64,000 bases of DNA, from NCBI RefSeq assembly GCF_011386835.1, contig NC_088797.1:74214001-74278000 (forward strand), written 5' to 3'. The position numbers and the translations under genes were made by a program. The notes below the pieces were generated by a model. The model ran no database searches. It was given only the letters and a program-made list of their open reading frames with translations, and was not told the DNA's origin. Shown in pieces: positions 1-12,779 of the stretch (within the stretch, counting starts at the first letter, position 1; every line of letters starts with the position of its first letter). This DNA comes from Chrysemys picta bellii (taxonomy: Eukaryota).

Positions 1-40
1 CTTTAAGGTCAGAAGGGACCATTCTGATCTTCTAGCATTC
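1..40 (-). mobile_element. CR1 LINE 3' tail fragment
   Basis: CTTTAAGGTCAGAAGGGACCAT is a near reverse complement of the CR1-type 3' end seen at 4815-4840 (ATGGTCCTTCCTGACCTTAAAG). Confidence 0.5.
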
Positions 41-1779
41 TGGCATCTGAGTCTTCTATCCTACGCCACATGCCTGAAGTAACCTCCCTATTGATGTGTC
101 CTTCTACACAAAATGTCTAAAATCCTATCTGTTCCATGAAGCATTCAGCCTACAGTGGCTACAACCTACACTCTGCATATTTTATCTTGGACTATATTAT
201 TTTGATTTGTGACTTTAGAGTGTCACAAGAGACATCTGTTATCGGTTTGGTGCCGACTACTGTACAGGAGTGGCATATACTTATGAAAGTCCATGAATAA
301 CAGATAAATCAGTTTCTTAGCCCCTTTGCCAACACTGCCAATAAAGTTTCCACTTACCACCCATTCTGATGTGGATTTTTTCTAGTGGTAATTGAATTAC
401 GATCACCAACCCACCAGTTTATCATTTCCTCTAAGGTATAAGTGAGCACAAAAATTTAAAGAACCTCTTGGCTATATATTTTTATCTTCTTTTAATCACC
501 ATATTCTTTAACTAGGCAGGATCAGTTCTTCAGAGAGAAGCAAAAGTTAATTTGTGACCCTAAGTGGTGGTGTGCATGGGGAAGACTAAATAATAATTAA
601 GCTCAGCCATTATTTTACTGTTTATTTTCATAACCTAATTGTGCATTTCACAATGGCTGTAGGCAACATGATTAATATGAGATGTGAAAGCAATCAAGTT
701 GAAAGAAAATGGGAAGGGACTAGATGAGAGCATTCTCACTCTCTGCCCACTTGTTTTGTTGCGGTTTGAAAAGCTATTCAATTGAACTTTGGAATGTACT
801 GAAATTACCTTGATATCTAGCAGGTATATTAAGGTCAATTTATCACTAGGCATATTCCCATTGCTAGTATTGTTTAAAGCAATCTAATAGCTACATAGAT
901 TTAGTTCCTTCCCTCTACCCCCAACCTCCTTATCGTTCTGTACCATACTTCAAACCTAAACCATTTATGAAAACAATTGCTTTCCAGATGCAGGTCAGGT
1001 CTCATTCTTCAAATGGGGAGGCTCCTTCACTGAAGACACTTTCTCTTGCTTGCTTATTATTTCAGCTCTGCAGTGTCCTCCCGCCCCTGTTCCGGATTCA
1101 TTACTATTCCTTTTGAAAAGAGAAAAATGATATAAAAGCCCTTTGTCATTGCCTTATTTCTTCTACCTCTTTAAGGCAATGCAATGCTTTTCTGTATATG
1201 AACAAGGTGAGGCTGATTGAATTAGAAATTCTTTCATGTAGTCGTCTGCATTAGACTTTTAAATTGCAGGGAAGGATTAAACTAGATGTGCAGCGATGCT
1301 CTCATAAGATATTTAAAGTCCAGTTCTGCTGGCAGCTGGCTGAGATAGTCACAGTATTAGATTGCCTCAGCAAACTGACTGGAAAAGCATGACCTTGACA
1401 TCTTTGCTTCTGTTAGTTTGAAATAAAGGTTGTACCAGTCACTTATAAGAGGGGGGAATGCATTACAAAGCTACAGGGGATTAACACTGAGTGAATTTTG
1501 GAGCCCAAATATGTTTGCATGGGAACAGCTGAACTAAATTCTCCTGAGGTAAAGACACTTACTCGGTTTTGAATTTCTTATTTGTGAGCATTGTATACTC
1601 AAACAGTCTGCTTCCTGCATGTTGGATTCATTTTTTAAATTGTGTTCCCAAAAATAAGCCAAATAAGGCTATATATGGGTATTGAGTGAGTTCAGCAAAA
1701 ACAAAAAAATGTGTTAATATCAATAGTCCAAATGCAGAACCAGGGAGCCATGTTGTTGTTTGTACTTTTTATATTAATG

Positions 1780-1885
1780 TAGTGGCTAGAGGTAAGTCAG
1801 TATTGGGGCGTCACTATGCTAGATACTAAACAAACACATGTATAAACCTAGTCACTGCCTCAAAGAGCTTACCATCTAATTAATA
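1780..1885 (-). mobile_element. Old L2/MIR-type 3' tail remnant
   Basis: CACTATGCTAGATACT...CTGCCTCAAAGAGCTTACCATCTAA resembles the reverse of the L2/CORE-SINE tail; boundaries approximate. Confidence 0.4.
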
Positions 1886-2187
1886 AATCCATGAATGTTT
1901 CTAGGGAGTCCTTTTGAACATTTTTACAACTAACCCCAGTGCTAAATCTCTCATGCAGCAATGAGAGGATATATCCCTGGATCTTTACACTATAATAATA
2001 GGCTCAAAATAGAATGCCTAAATGTATGTTACATTTGCATGCTTATAAGGCTGATATATTAATGTATATTCACAAAAACATTAATTGTGGATGAATTTGC
2101 AATAGTATAACTGTGAATCACAGATGATAAATTTGCCAAGACCCAGCCAACAACTCATACGAAGAGCATGCTCCACCACAGCCTTCC

Positions 2188-2310
2188 TAGGGTGACTAGA
2201 TAGCAAGTCTGAAAAATCGGGACAGAGGGTGGGGGATAATAGGAGCCCATATAAAAAAAGCCCCAAATATCGGGACTGTGCCTATAAAATCAGGACATCT
2301 GGTCACCCTA
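2188..2310. mobile_element. hAT (Tip100-like) MITE
   Basis: TIRs TAGGGTGACTAGA / TCTGGTCACCCTA and internal ATCGGGAC repeats; no TSD visible. Confidence 0.7.
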
Positions 2311-2361
2311 TAAAAGGGAATGTCAAAGCAGACATAACAGATGTAAATTTCAACTAAGCCA

Positions 2362-2458
2362 CTTGGTCCTGCTAGTGAAGGCAGGGGGCTGGACTCGATG
2401 ACCTTTCAAGGTCCCTTCCAGTTCTAGGAGATAGGATATCTCCATTAATTAAATTAAA
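2362..2458 (+). mobile_element. CR1 LINE, 5'-truncated 3' end
   Basis: GGCAGGGGGCTGGACTCGATGACCTTTCAAGGTCCCTTCCAGTTCTAG is the characteristic CR1 3'UTR stem-loop. Confidence 0.85.
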
Positions 2459-3546
2459 AGAAGCAAATAACTTTCTAGTGGGTAGAGTCCCTGAGAATGT
2501 ATCAGATGAGAAGGAACCAAACCTTGTACTGCTTACCAATGCAAAACTCTCACCAGAGTCCAGGAAATCCAATATGCGAAATATAAAACAGAGGAGTGAC
2601 ATCTGGATTGTTCACAAATAACAAATTCCAATCAGAGACAATGGCTGTGCATCCAGAGAATCTAGTTCAACTTCTCCCATACAAACAGATTTGAGCTGGA
2701 GATTGATATCAATGCGAGGTGAGTTTTTTTCTGAGTAAAGACTGAAAGATTTGGCCCAAGAACAGGGTTTGATGCACTTCTAATCACAGCTGATGCATAT
2801 GGGACAGCAAACCACACTGCACACTACAGCAATATGATTCATGAGATTCTTTCAAGACTTACCTTTTGTGAATACAATAATAAAATATTTCACTTATAGC
2901 ATGTTTCATCCCAAAGATTCACAGAGCGTTTTATACAAATTGTAGACCAGATTCTCAGCCTTACTATGGCCATTTTCTGTTGCTCTTGGCATAAAGAGGC
3001 TGCAAAGCTGGGTTAACTAGTCTCTTGAAGATTACTCCTGTGTAGATGGCCCTGCACCATCCCATCCTGACCTCTGGTATATAGAACATATTAGGTCCAA
3101 CAAAAGGTGGCATGGCCCAAATGCCCTGTACTCCCACAATTTCCAACTAACATAACTGTCCTTTGGGCATTGTTGTGACTTATGCAGTTTAGAAAAGCCC
3201 TGAGGCTGCTCTAAGTTGCACCAGGAACTGAACTGGCCCCAGGTTTGAGAGGAGTCAACAAAAGTTATTTTCTCCCACCTATGCTCACCCAAAGCATAGC
3301 ATTGAGCCTGAAGTTTTCTTTTTCACAAAGACACAAAAAGGCTACCATAATTTGAAAAATAAATAAAATTGTATGAGCTTTCCCAAAGGGGAGGTTTCAC
3401 CACCAGCAGCAAAGGAAAACACACACAAAAATCACTCCCTCCTCTCTCCCAAAAAGTTATGCAAAAATAGTGAATTTTCCCATTTTTACCTAAAACAGCT
3501 GCGTACGCTAGCGATAGCCAATTCTTTAAAGAATTATGATGTAGCT

Positions 3547-3827
3547 CAGTGCTTCTCAAAGCTGGTCCGCCGCATGTTCAAGGAAAGCTCTGGCAGGCCG
3601 GGCCGGTTTGTTTCCCCCACTGACCGCAGTTCGCCGCTCCAGGCCAATAGGGGCTGCAGGAAGGGTGGCCCGCACCGCTTCCCGCAGCCTCCATTGGCCA
3701 GGAGCAGCGAACCGCGGCCAGTGGGAGCCGCGATTGGCCGAACCTGTGGACGCGGCAGGTAAATAAACCGGCCTGGACCACCAGGGGCTTTCCCTGAAGA
3801 AGTGGCGCCTGACTTTGGGAAGCACTG
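3547..3827. mobile_element. hAT (Charlie-like) MITE
   Basis: TIRs CAGTGCTTCTCAAAG / CTTTGGGAAGCACTG; flanking 8-mers ATGTAGCT / ATGTAGAC (6/8 TSD); GC-rich interior. Confidence 0.85.
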
Positions 3828-4027
3828 ATGTAGACTACAAATCTTACTAGGTGAAAATGTATATAATACAATCTTCAAGAGCATCACCAAATATGGTTTA
3901 GCTTGGCTTAAAGTGCTGCTGATTTTTTCAAACGAATGCACCATACCTTACCATGCCATATAGTTCTTTACCAAAATGTCTAGTTGAATATTTCTACTAC
4001 GTGTTTCACAGATGAAGGAAGAGATTG

Positions 4028-4178
4028 TGTGTGTAGCTCCTTAGTAGAATACAATGCCACTAATTATAAAGTACTCAGTGCCATATATGTAACAGCACAT
4101 AGTACCTGTGCTGTTACATATATGGCACTGAGTACTTTATAATTAGTGGCATTGTATTCTACTAAGGAGCTACACACA
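4028..4178. repeat. Near-perfect 151-bp palindrome (72-bp perfect arms, 7-nt spacer)
   Basis: 4028-4099 is the exact reverse complement of 4107-4178; spacer TAGTACC. Confidence 0.97.
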
Positions 4179-4667
4179 TGTGCACAAACTTCTGCTATTA
4201 ACCAAACTAGGCTGCATATGCACTGTATCAGAGGAGCAACTGAAATGTGCTTCTGAGGCAGCATTTGAGCGCTCAGCCCTACTAACTCCATCTCCACTTG
4301 AAGATATGGCTTTAATTCTATATATAATCAGAAAGTGCATAAATGTAGGAGTGCTTTAAATGCAATGCTCACCTTGTAGAAACCTCATTGCCTTTCAACT
4401 GCATAAAAGCTGAGAGCTCTGAATGGGGACCAAAGCCAAATTTCAAATGCTTCAAACACACTCTTCAACTCAGCCTTCACCTTCTCCTTCTCTTTTTCCC
4501 TCCTGTGTCACAATTGTTTCTTTAAATGTGTGATTTTTTTGGTATGAATTAGGGTTTTTTTGTAACATTGCCACATTTATCTTTCCTGCAAGAGATAATT
4601 TGTGTGACTCCTCCTGAATTTTTGTTCTGTTGAAAGATGCTTCTTTCCTTTGTCATCAATAATAGAG

Positions 4668-4841
4668 TGCATGGTGGATTCTCTGTAACTTGAAGTCTTT
4701 AAATCATCTTTTCAGGACATCAGTAACTCAGCTGGAGGTTTGGGTCTATTAGAGGAGTGGGTGGGTGAGGTTCTGTGGCCTGCAATGTGCAGGAAGTTAG
4801 ACTAGATAATCATGATGGTCCTTCCTGACCTTAAAGTCTGA
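4668..4841 (+). mobile_element. CR1 LINE 3' end fragment
   Basis: TGAAGTCTTTAAATCA...GGTTCTGTGGCCTGCAATGTGCAGGAAGTTAGACTAGATAATCATGATGGTCCTTCCTGACCTTAAAGTC matches a CR1 3'UTR. Confidence 0.75.
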
Positions 4842-5089
4842 ACCAGAGTATTTTGTTGTCATACTGCTCTGTCTGCCTGTCCTGTCACCCTCCCCACCCC
4901 CCACATACCATCCCACTATTTGTTCTCTCTCAGGGCCATCCTTAGGATTTATGGGGCTCTACACAGTATTATTAAACTGGTGCCCCTATGCCCGACTTGC
5001 TCTTAGCAACACAAACATAAGCTTACAATACTGGAAAACTTGCCACATGCACTTTATTAAAAACAGTTTAATTATGCTGCCTTCACCCC

Positions 5090-5480
5090 TAACTTCTGCA
5101 CTTCCCTCCCACCTGCACCCCCAACTCCAGCCCTGAGCTGCCAGCATGCCCTGCCACACTGCCCCCCTGCCCAGTACCCCTCACCCCCTTATGTCCAGCA
5201 ACCCCTATGCCCAGTGGCCCCTCTCCCAGAGATCTCCACCACAGATCCCTATGCCCAGCGATCTCCCACCCACAGACCCCACTATGCCCAGTGCCCCTCT
5301 CACAGCCCCCCCACCCAACTGCCCAGCACCCATATTCCTGAGGGAATTCAGCACCAAAAAATTAAATTCTGTGCGCAATATTTTAAAATTCTGCACATTT
5401 TGTCAATAAATAAATGTTGAGGCTCCAGCATAGCAGTGGCAAGCATAGGCCACTGGCTGCATGGAGGTGGAGATCACCCT
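5090..5480. repeat. C-rich loosely tandem (CCCTATGCCCAG) tract, probable non-autonomous DNA transposon remnant
   Basis: Several degenerate CCCTATGCCCAG units followed by GAGGGAATTCAGCACCAAAAAATTAAATTCTG; no TIR or TSD found. Confidence 0.4.
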
Positions 5481-6117
5481 TCAGCCTTCCCCCTCCCCTC
5501 CCCTCCTAGGATAGGGACTTGGCGGTGAGATACCTCTGTGTGCATCTCAAAAGGCCACAGGGAAGTGTTTTACATGATGGCTGGGATGTCAGCCATGACC
5601 CAAAATCCATTTGAATGACAAAAAAGAAATAGTTGATACCAATGGCTGCGTCCAGCCCTAATCCGGGCCTTTGCCTGCCACCGCTCTGGGCCATCACCTT
5701 CCAAATGGCCTTTCATTCTCCCTAAAATAGAGCATTTCCCTCTAATGGGATGTGCTTTGGATGTGCAGTTTAATAAGAAAAGGTTGTATTCAGGCACTCA
5801 GTCTTTTTTTCTGCCCTGATTTACACACGTGGTTGCCGCACATAGCTCAGTGGGCTTGTACTGGGTATAACTCAGCCCGCACTTTCAACAACACTTCAAC
5901 AGTGGGGTTGGAGCCATAACCAGTCTCATTTGAACAGTGGTTCTTGTTCTGGATTATTTAAGGCAGGTTTTAAAGGTCCTTCCCATGGCAAGGAAGAAGG
6001 TGCTGCATTCTTGAAAGGACCTTTAAAATCTGCAACTCAACTCTGCACTGTTTAGAACTCTCCCTCATTTAAAATGCTACCAGCTTGAGACAGAGCCCTG
6101 GGGATACTTGGATCCAC

Positions 6118-6133
6118 AAAAAAAAAAAAAAAA
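6118..6133. repeat. poly(A) run (16 nt)
   Basis: Seen directly. Confidence 0.9.
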
Positions 6134-7214
6134 CCATGTCCCTTTTCCCTAAATAACAGTTTTCATCTACTCCAGCCTTGTCAAGTGTGAGTCCATCTTC
6201 CTTCTCAGCAGAGACGTCACGCCCTCCCTTGCATTCCGCAGCCCTGATTTTGTTTTAGTGTCAGTTTCCTCCTGTTGACACTGGAATATTGTGAATGGGC
6301 AGGAAAAGAAAACACCACCTTATTTTATTTTCCTTTAGCTTTCCCTTCTCCCCAGCCAGGTTGTGTGTGTGCCTCTCCTTCCTCCTAGCCCCCGTCTGCT
6401 GCTGATCCCTGCTGGGGAATGGAGGAGAGGAAAAGGTGATGGTCCAAAGGGGATCCTCGGAGTCTGGGCTTAAACTTCAGAGAAGAGGGAGGCAGAGTGA
6501 AAAGGAGACTAGAAGAGAGATTGCAAGGAGTTGCCAGTGGGGCAGGGCACATGGGCAGAAGAGGGGAGAGGTGCAGGTACAGTATGGGGCTGCTCGGAAC
6601 AGCTGCTCTCCCTTATGGCCATCAGCCTGTTCCCCAGGAGCCCCTAGTGCATTCGCTGCTCACTCACTGTGCCAGACAAAGAAACCCCCTCTGCTCTTTT
6701 CCCTTCCCAGCCTGGTTCCTCCACCTCCTGCTCCCTGAAGTCCCGTGCCCAGCTCTATCCCCTGAGCTCAGCTCCCCCACTCTTTTCCTAGCCTCCAGGT
6801 ATCCCCCCCACTCTGTTCCTATGCTGCGTATACCAAAGGACGGCCCTGGTCTCTCTCATATTTACATAATGGCTCCTTTTTACAGAACAGCATATGAACC
6901 ATGACTAAATTTTACAGACCTAGATACTCTCTGACCAATAACAGTGTGTGTAGTAAAGCCTTCTAAGATAAGAGCAATCCAATATCCAATTCCAGGCTCT
7001 CATGCTCCAGGGCATAAAATGATCACCACAGGTGTCAGACAAGTCTCTTTCCCACATACTGCACAAGTGGCCACATCAGGCCTTTTCTCCATCTTCTGAA
7101 GCATCAGAAAAATTAATTAGAGTTGAAACATGAAAAAAGTCCTAATCTCAGAACCCCCCTAGACATGGGGGATTCTCCTGTCAGCTCAATACAGCTACCT
7201 TCTTATCTTTTCCC

Positions 7215-7320
7215 ATCCTCCTCTCTGTTGTTCTGTGCTTGTACAACATCTAGTAGAATGGGGTCCTGGTCTACGTTTGGGACTCTAGGTGCTATGATCA
7301 CACAAATAATATTAATAGAA
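7215..7320 (+). mobile_element. Old L2/MIR-type 3' tail remnant
   Basis: TGTGCTTGTACAACATCTAGTAGAATGGGGTCCTGGTC...CTAGGTGCTATGATCACACAAATAATA. Confidence 0.4.
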
Positions 7321-8772
7321 GTAGATTATCTCCATTGTCCTCTGTTCTCTTCAGGACCTACATTTTGGAGATATCCTTGACATTTCTTTCCTTTACCTCT
7401 TTCATACAGACTGTTGCTAAATCCCACGTCCTTCTTTCTATGTGACATCTCCAAGCTCTTTCTGTCCTTTTCCATCTCTACCACAAAATCATCAAACAAT
7501 TGACAATGCGGCAGAAGAACAGTAAACAAATCTATAACAATAAACTATTACAACAGAATGACTACATCTTATTAACCATCACCACAGATATGTCAAGTCT
7601 GTGATTCAAAGGTGCACCCATTAGAGAGCTTTTTAGTGTCAGAACGTTCTGATACCACACTGTCGGTATTGTCAGATAAGACTCCTTGCTGAAAAGTAAT
7701 TAGAGCTGGTAAAACATTTTCACTCACTCAGATTTTTCTGGCAAAAAAATAACCTTAAAAACAGAACTTTTAGGAAAAAATTGACATTTTCCATTTTTTA
7801 AAGAGGTCCATGACTTTTTAATCAAAAGTTTAATTAACATGTTTATCCTAATTGTGTTTGCAGTCATTCTCCAATTTTTTATGGTTTTTAGTAAACAAAG
7901 ATGTTGTCTATTTTTGTTTACTGAAAATGTTCAAAATAATTATTGAACAAGATAAAAAAATGTATTTAAAAGTATCAATACTTCGCTTTGGAGTGGGGCG
8001 GCTTTTTCACACCTCTGAGCCATGTAAATTAAGTGGTAGTGTAGCTCTGCCCTAGGTTAGTAGCTCTGAGTTGATAAATGAAGATTTTTAGCTCACCCAT
8101 CTAGTCTTGCTAATATCTTGGGACCAATACAGATATTTTTGGCAGACTGATTTTTGCAGAGAAAGATCCTACTTTGTGCTAGACAGCAACTGAACTAATG
8201 AAAGTTGCCCTAACAACTAATTTGTCACCATTTCTGGACTGGGTAATGGAGGGAGAACTATTTTTCTGCTTAGTCTGGGAACACTGAGAAAATGCCCCCA
8301 TGCAAGAAGGAACCATTGCATTTTATTAAAATCATTGACTCTTCAGAACAATTTGTGAGGCTGCCTTTGAAAATATAAATAAGGAGAGTGCTGACATTTG
8401 TTGTTGTTTTAGGGTTACAGGAAATAGAATCCTGACAATAATATTGCACCAAAGACATTCTTGAGAGAAAAAAATTCCTGGGTATTTATTTCCTCTGATT
8501 TTTATACATTTGTTTCTCTAAACAATACAACAGTCTCTTTTGCATTAACACCTGCAAAACTGTGACATCAGTTCCTTTTATCTATGATTCCTCTGTCAGA
8601 AAAGCGGCTTCTTCCTCTAATTCTGCCTCTGGCTGGAGGTTTGTGAAGGTAATAAGGTTTCTTTGGAAATATTTTTCTCCCACCATCTTCCCTCAGTACG
8701 TCTCAGAATAGATTTAGAAGGATTATGCAATCAGATTGAGTAAAAAACTGAATTAACATGTGATGGAATTAG

Positions 8773-9315
8773 CAGGGCTGGTGGAAGGATGTTTCGCGCC
8801 CTAGGTGAAACTTCCACCTTGCGCCCCCCGACCCCCCGCCCTGAGGCGCCCTCCCCACCCCCGCAGCAGCTCCCCCCCTCTGCCCTGAGGCGCCCCCCCT
8901 GCAGCAGCTCCCCACCCCCCACTCTGAGGCACCCTCCCGCCCCAGTTCACCCCTGACGCCCTCCTCCCCGAGCACGCCGTGGCTGCTTCACTTCTCCCGC
9001 CTCCCAGGGCACCAATCAGCTTAGGCGCCGCAAGCCTGGGAGGCGGGAGAAGTGAAGCAGCCACGGCGTGCTCGGGGAGGAGGCGGAGCAGGGGTGAGCT
9101 GGGGCGGGGAGTTCCCCTGCGTGCCTCCCCCCCCCCCCTTGCTGCAGGCAGCCCTCCCCGCGCTCCACTGCCCCAGCTCCCTCCGCCTTAATGCCGGCAG
9201 CGACCGGGGCGGCCGAAGATCCGGCCACCGCGGTCGTTGCCGAAGAAAATGGCGCCCCCAAATCCTAGCACCCTAGGTGACCGCCTAGGTCACCTAAATG
9301 GTTGCACCGTCCCCG
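8773..9315. mobile_element. GC-rich hAT MITE
   Basis: Perfect 8-bp TSD GGAATTAG (8765-8772 / 9316-9323); imperfect TIRs CAGGGCTGGTG / CACCGTCCCCG; internal CCCTGAGGCGCC repeats. Confidence 0.9.
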
Positions 9316-11645
9316 GGAATTAGGTGAGTATAAATTAAACAATCTGACCTCCAAGCCTCTTGGCTGGAGAGATGCCAGCTAGATTTTAGAAACTAAGGAA
9401 GTTCAAACCCTCCTCACCTGATACAAAGCCCGTTGAAGTCACTGAATAGACTCAACGGGCTTTGAATCCGGTTCTTAAAGTCTGACCCTGAATGTCAATG
9501 GGAGTTCCTCAGCCAGCATGTTTTCAGGATCAGGCCCTCAAGAATGGGGGATAAAACAAACTACATGTAGATTGAAGATGGGTTGTCCATAAATACTTGC
9601 AGAGTATCACTTATTAGTTTAGTTGTGATTTTCCGAAAGCCCTAAAGGAGCTGGTGCCCAACTTCCATTGATTTTTAAAATCCCAATATTGTGTGTGCTT
9701 GTGACCATGCCCTATAGTGATTGTTCCACAAACTGTCATGGATTTTCTACTATTACTAGTCGTGAGTAATTTCTCTTAGCTCAGGAAGTTAAAAGCCAGT
9801 GCCTTTAGAAACATGGACCCTGATCTTCAAAGAGGTGTTTGGGTGTTGGATGTGATTTATTTAGACATTGTGGCTGGCTGTGGTGGGGGGGAGAGGAGGG
9901 ATCTAATTTTTCTAGTCATGGTGGCTGTTATCTACAGCCGATGGATTCGTTATAAAGTGAAAGTTCTCACTTTACTCATTTCAGTCTTTGGCTAAACAAT
10001 TTTGCTTACTCCTGCCCATCACCCCAGTAAGGAGTTCAGTCTAGTCACTTCTAAACTCTTCAAAACAGCTTATCAATATTCCTGGGCATTACATAAAACT
10101 AGACTAAATGGAATCTGATCATTGGGTTTGCACATCACATCTTTCAGAACAGCAATTTTCCTTTTATGACTTCTAGTCTTTTCCTAGATAGGTATTTACA
10201 TACAAAGCAGTTTCTTTGCAGCTCACTGACCTCCTTTCAAATTAAAGGGAAAAAAATGTACCAGGATCACATTCTCTACTGGTAGTTAAACCAGCATCCC
10301 ATTTCCTACTGGTATCTGCTTGCAGCAATGGTTTCAAGCGGAAAGCAAGAAAGGTTGCTCTGCGGTATTAGGTATGGTCTCTAGGACACTGGTATGACTT
10401 ACTCTGGGAAAAGACGGTGGTATGACACCTTCCACACCTTCTTTGGGCCCAATTCTGAACAACCTTTCATTCAAGTAGTATTTTGGGAGTACAAGGAATG
10501 ATCAGGCCCTAAAGCACCTGGTCACTTCTGTCCAACCAATCAGGCCAGCTAATGTGTCTTTCAGTCTATATCACTGCAAAAAGTGTTTGCTTTTCTAGAG
10601 CACATCATTAAATATTCTGAAAGGAAGCCTTAGAAACATAGCTGTAAGAATTATTGCTGCAAGTTTGTAATTTCCAAGGTTCTCTTTAGATTTCAGCTGG
10701 GGAAATGAAACAGTGACAAACAACAACAAAAATAGTTGTCAGAACTCCACATACCTGCCATGATTTTTGTTATGCTTTATTTATTAAAATGCTCTGGATA
10801 CAGATTAATTTTCTTTCCTCAATATTTATTGTTTCATCTGCCTTGAAACCCAAATTGCAAGCTCTTTGATAAATGGATGGAAAAGGTGCCTGGTTTGGTT
10901 TCTCTGTAGCTTCTTAAATACTACTACCTTGCGTTGCTGAAATGCTATTTTGTAGCTTATGCCAATACTACCCAGAGAATCGTAGGATTTTACTATATCA
11001 TCTATGGCAGCAGGACTCTGGGGACCAATAGTCCTTCTTCCTCAGAAAGTGGGAGAATCAGATTAATGGTTAATTAGAAATCTGGCCCTTTCTAGTACCA
11101 GGAAATGCTACATCTCAGCAGAACGCCTCCCCAATCCCTACAGAGAAGTTTGCACAGGTAATTGAGGCTCCTCCACTACTACTCCAGCCTGATGACTGGG
11201 GCTGGCTCCATGTCCCTGGTGTTGCCCCTCTACAGAGGGGCAGACTGGAGATCTTTCCTCTATGCCCCCACATACATCCCTGTATAAAACACTGGGAGCC
11301 TCTGCGGGAAATAAACTCCATGCAGGGGTGTCTACTGCCCTGTGTGACTTCACTGAGCCTGCCCTTTCATTGTGAAACCAGGGTGCTATTGCAAGAGAGT
11401 CTTTCCCACCCGTGGAGGAGGAATGGGGTGGAGCAGAGTTTTTGCACTTTAAAAGAACCCATCCAAAGTCATTTGAAATCAGTAGGAATCTTTCCATTGA
11501 CACCTGTTGTCTTTGCATCAGGCCTAAAACACATCATTTTGTTCAGTGAAATTCTCATTTATCTCCCCTATTAGAGATTCATATAACTTATACTCTGTTA
11601 TTGTGTAGAGATAATAGAACCATGTGAACCTCAATTCTTCTAAAA

Positions 11646-11827
11646 CAACAAGGAGTTTGGTGGCACCTTAAAGACTAACAGATTTATTTGGGCATAAGCT
11701 TTCGTGGGTAAAAACCTCACTTCTTCAGATGCTTATGCCCAAATAAATCTGTTAATCTTTAAGGTGCCGCCAGACTCCTTGTTGTTTTTGTAGATACAGA
11801 CTAACACGGCTACCCCCTGATACTTGA
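11646..11827. mobile_element. Penelope-like element remnant (pseudo-LTR with inverted 54-bp arms)
   Basis: 11646-11699 is inverted at 11731-11784; typical tail TACAGACTAACACGGCTACCCCCTGATACTTG; 16-bp flanking duplication CTCAATTCTTCTAAAA (11630-11645 / 11828-11843). Confidence 0.85.
11692..11732 (-). ncRNA. Minimal type I hammerhead ribozyme motif (Penelope)
   Basis: Minus strand GCAU-CUGAAGA-A-GUGAG-GUUUUUA-CCCAC-GAAA-GCUUA-UGC: intact CUGANGA and GAAA boxes, stem I GCA/UGC, palindromic AAGCUU loop 3. Confidence 0.75.
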
Positions 11828-12779
11828 CTCAATTCTTCTAAAAGAGCTTATCCAGACAACATGCAGTCAGGTGCTTTACATGGAAACTACTCTGCTGCCA
11901 ACTGATTTAAATTAAAGATATAAAGAAATTAATTTGGAGTGCCTAGTTACTGTAGCTCTGTCATAAAGAAATGCACGATTTAGCTGCATGGAAACCATTT
12001 CCCTTTTGGTTGCCCATCACCTTGTGTTGAATTTAATTATGGCACAAAACCCCCCAGTATTGATAGAAACCCTAACTCCATATCTGTATATTGCAATTCT
12101 TTATGATATTACAGTTTTCAGCATGAGAGTAGCATTGTAAATTTCAGCTCTGATATCTAAATATATATAATATTCTGGCAATGAAAGACAGTTAAATAAC
12201 ACATAAGGACAGTGAATTTAAGTAGCAAAAGGGTTATTAATTTTTTACTTGAATTCCAGTCTGCTTTTGTAGAAAAATCCATAGGCAAAACAAGCAAACC
12301 CAGAAGGGGAGGCACTGGAAGCAAGTGTTAGACTGATAGCCCTTGAAATCTAGTTCTACTGTGAAAAAGTAACTTGAAATAGCACCTTTCACTCTTTGGA
12401 CCTGTTCCCTCTGTGTTTTCAGGGTCCTGTCATCTGACTTTACTGACTAAATACATTTCTATTTTTGCTTACTTCTCTGAGCCTTGAAGCACCAAGGCAG
12501 CTCAAAGGAAATGAGCTGAATTCTGGTTTTTGTGCATCATCAGTAGTTGTTTATATTTATAGGACTTTCCTACCTATAAACAAATCTACTCTTAATGATC
12601 ATAGGGTGGCAAACACAGCAGTCTTCCCCCTTCACTGATTAGATTGACAGTGCATTTTGCTTCATCTGGAGATGCTAAAAATTATTTTATTTTGATGGAC
12701 TACAGGCATAAGGTACTTTGGCAATGAATGACAATCATGTTAAAGCATTTATGGAATATTTGCCAGATTACAATCTATA

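Noticed and set aside
8731-9276. Cluster of overlapping GC-rich ORFs, CpG-island-like
   Set aside because: Coincides with a TSD-bounded MITE, so it is neither a promoter island nor a gene
8697-9330. Possible exon whose GTGAGT donor was displaced by the MITE
   Set aside because: All three frames of 8697-8772 contain stops and there is no other support
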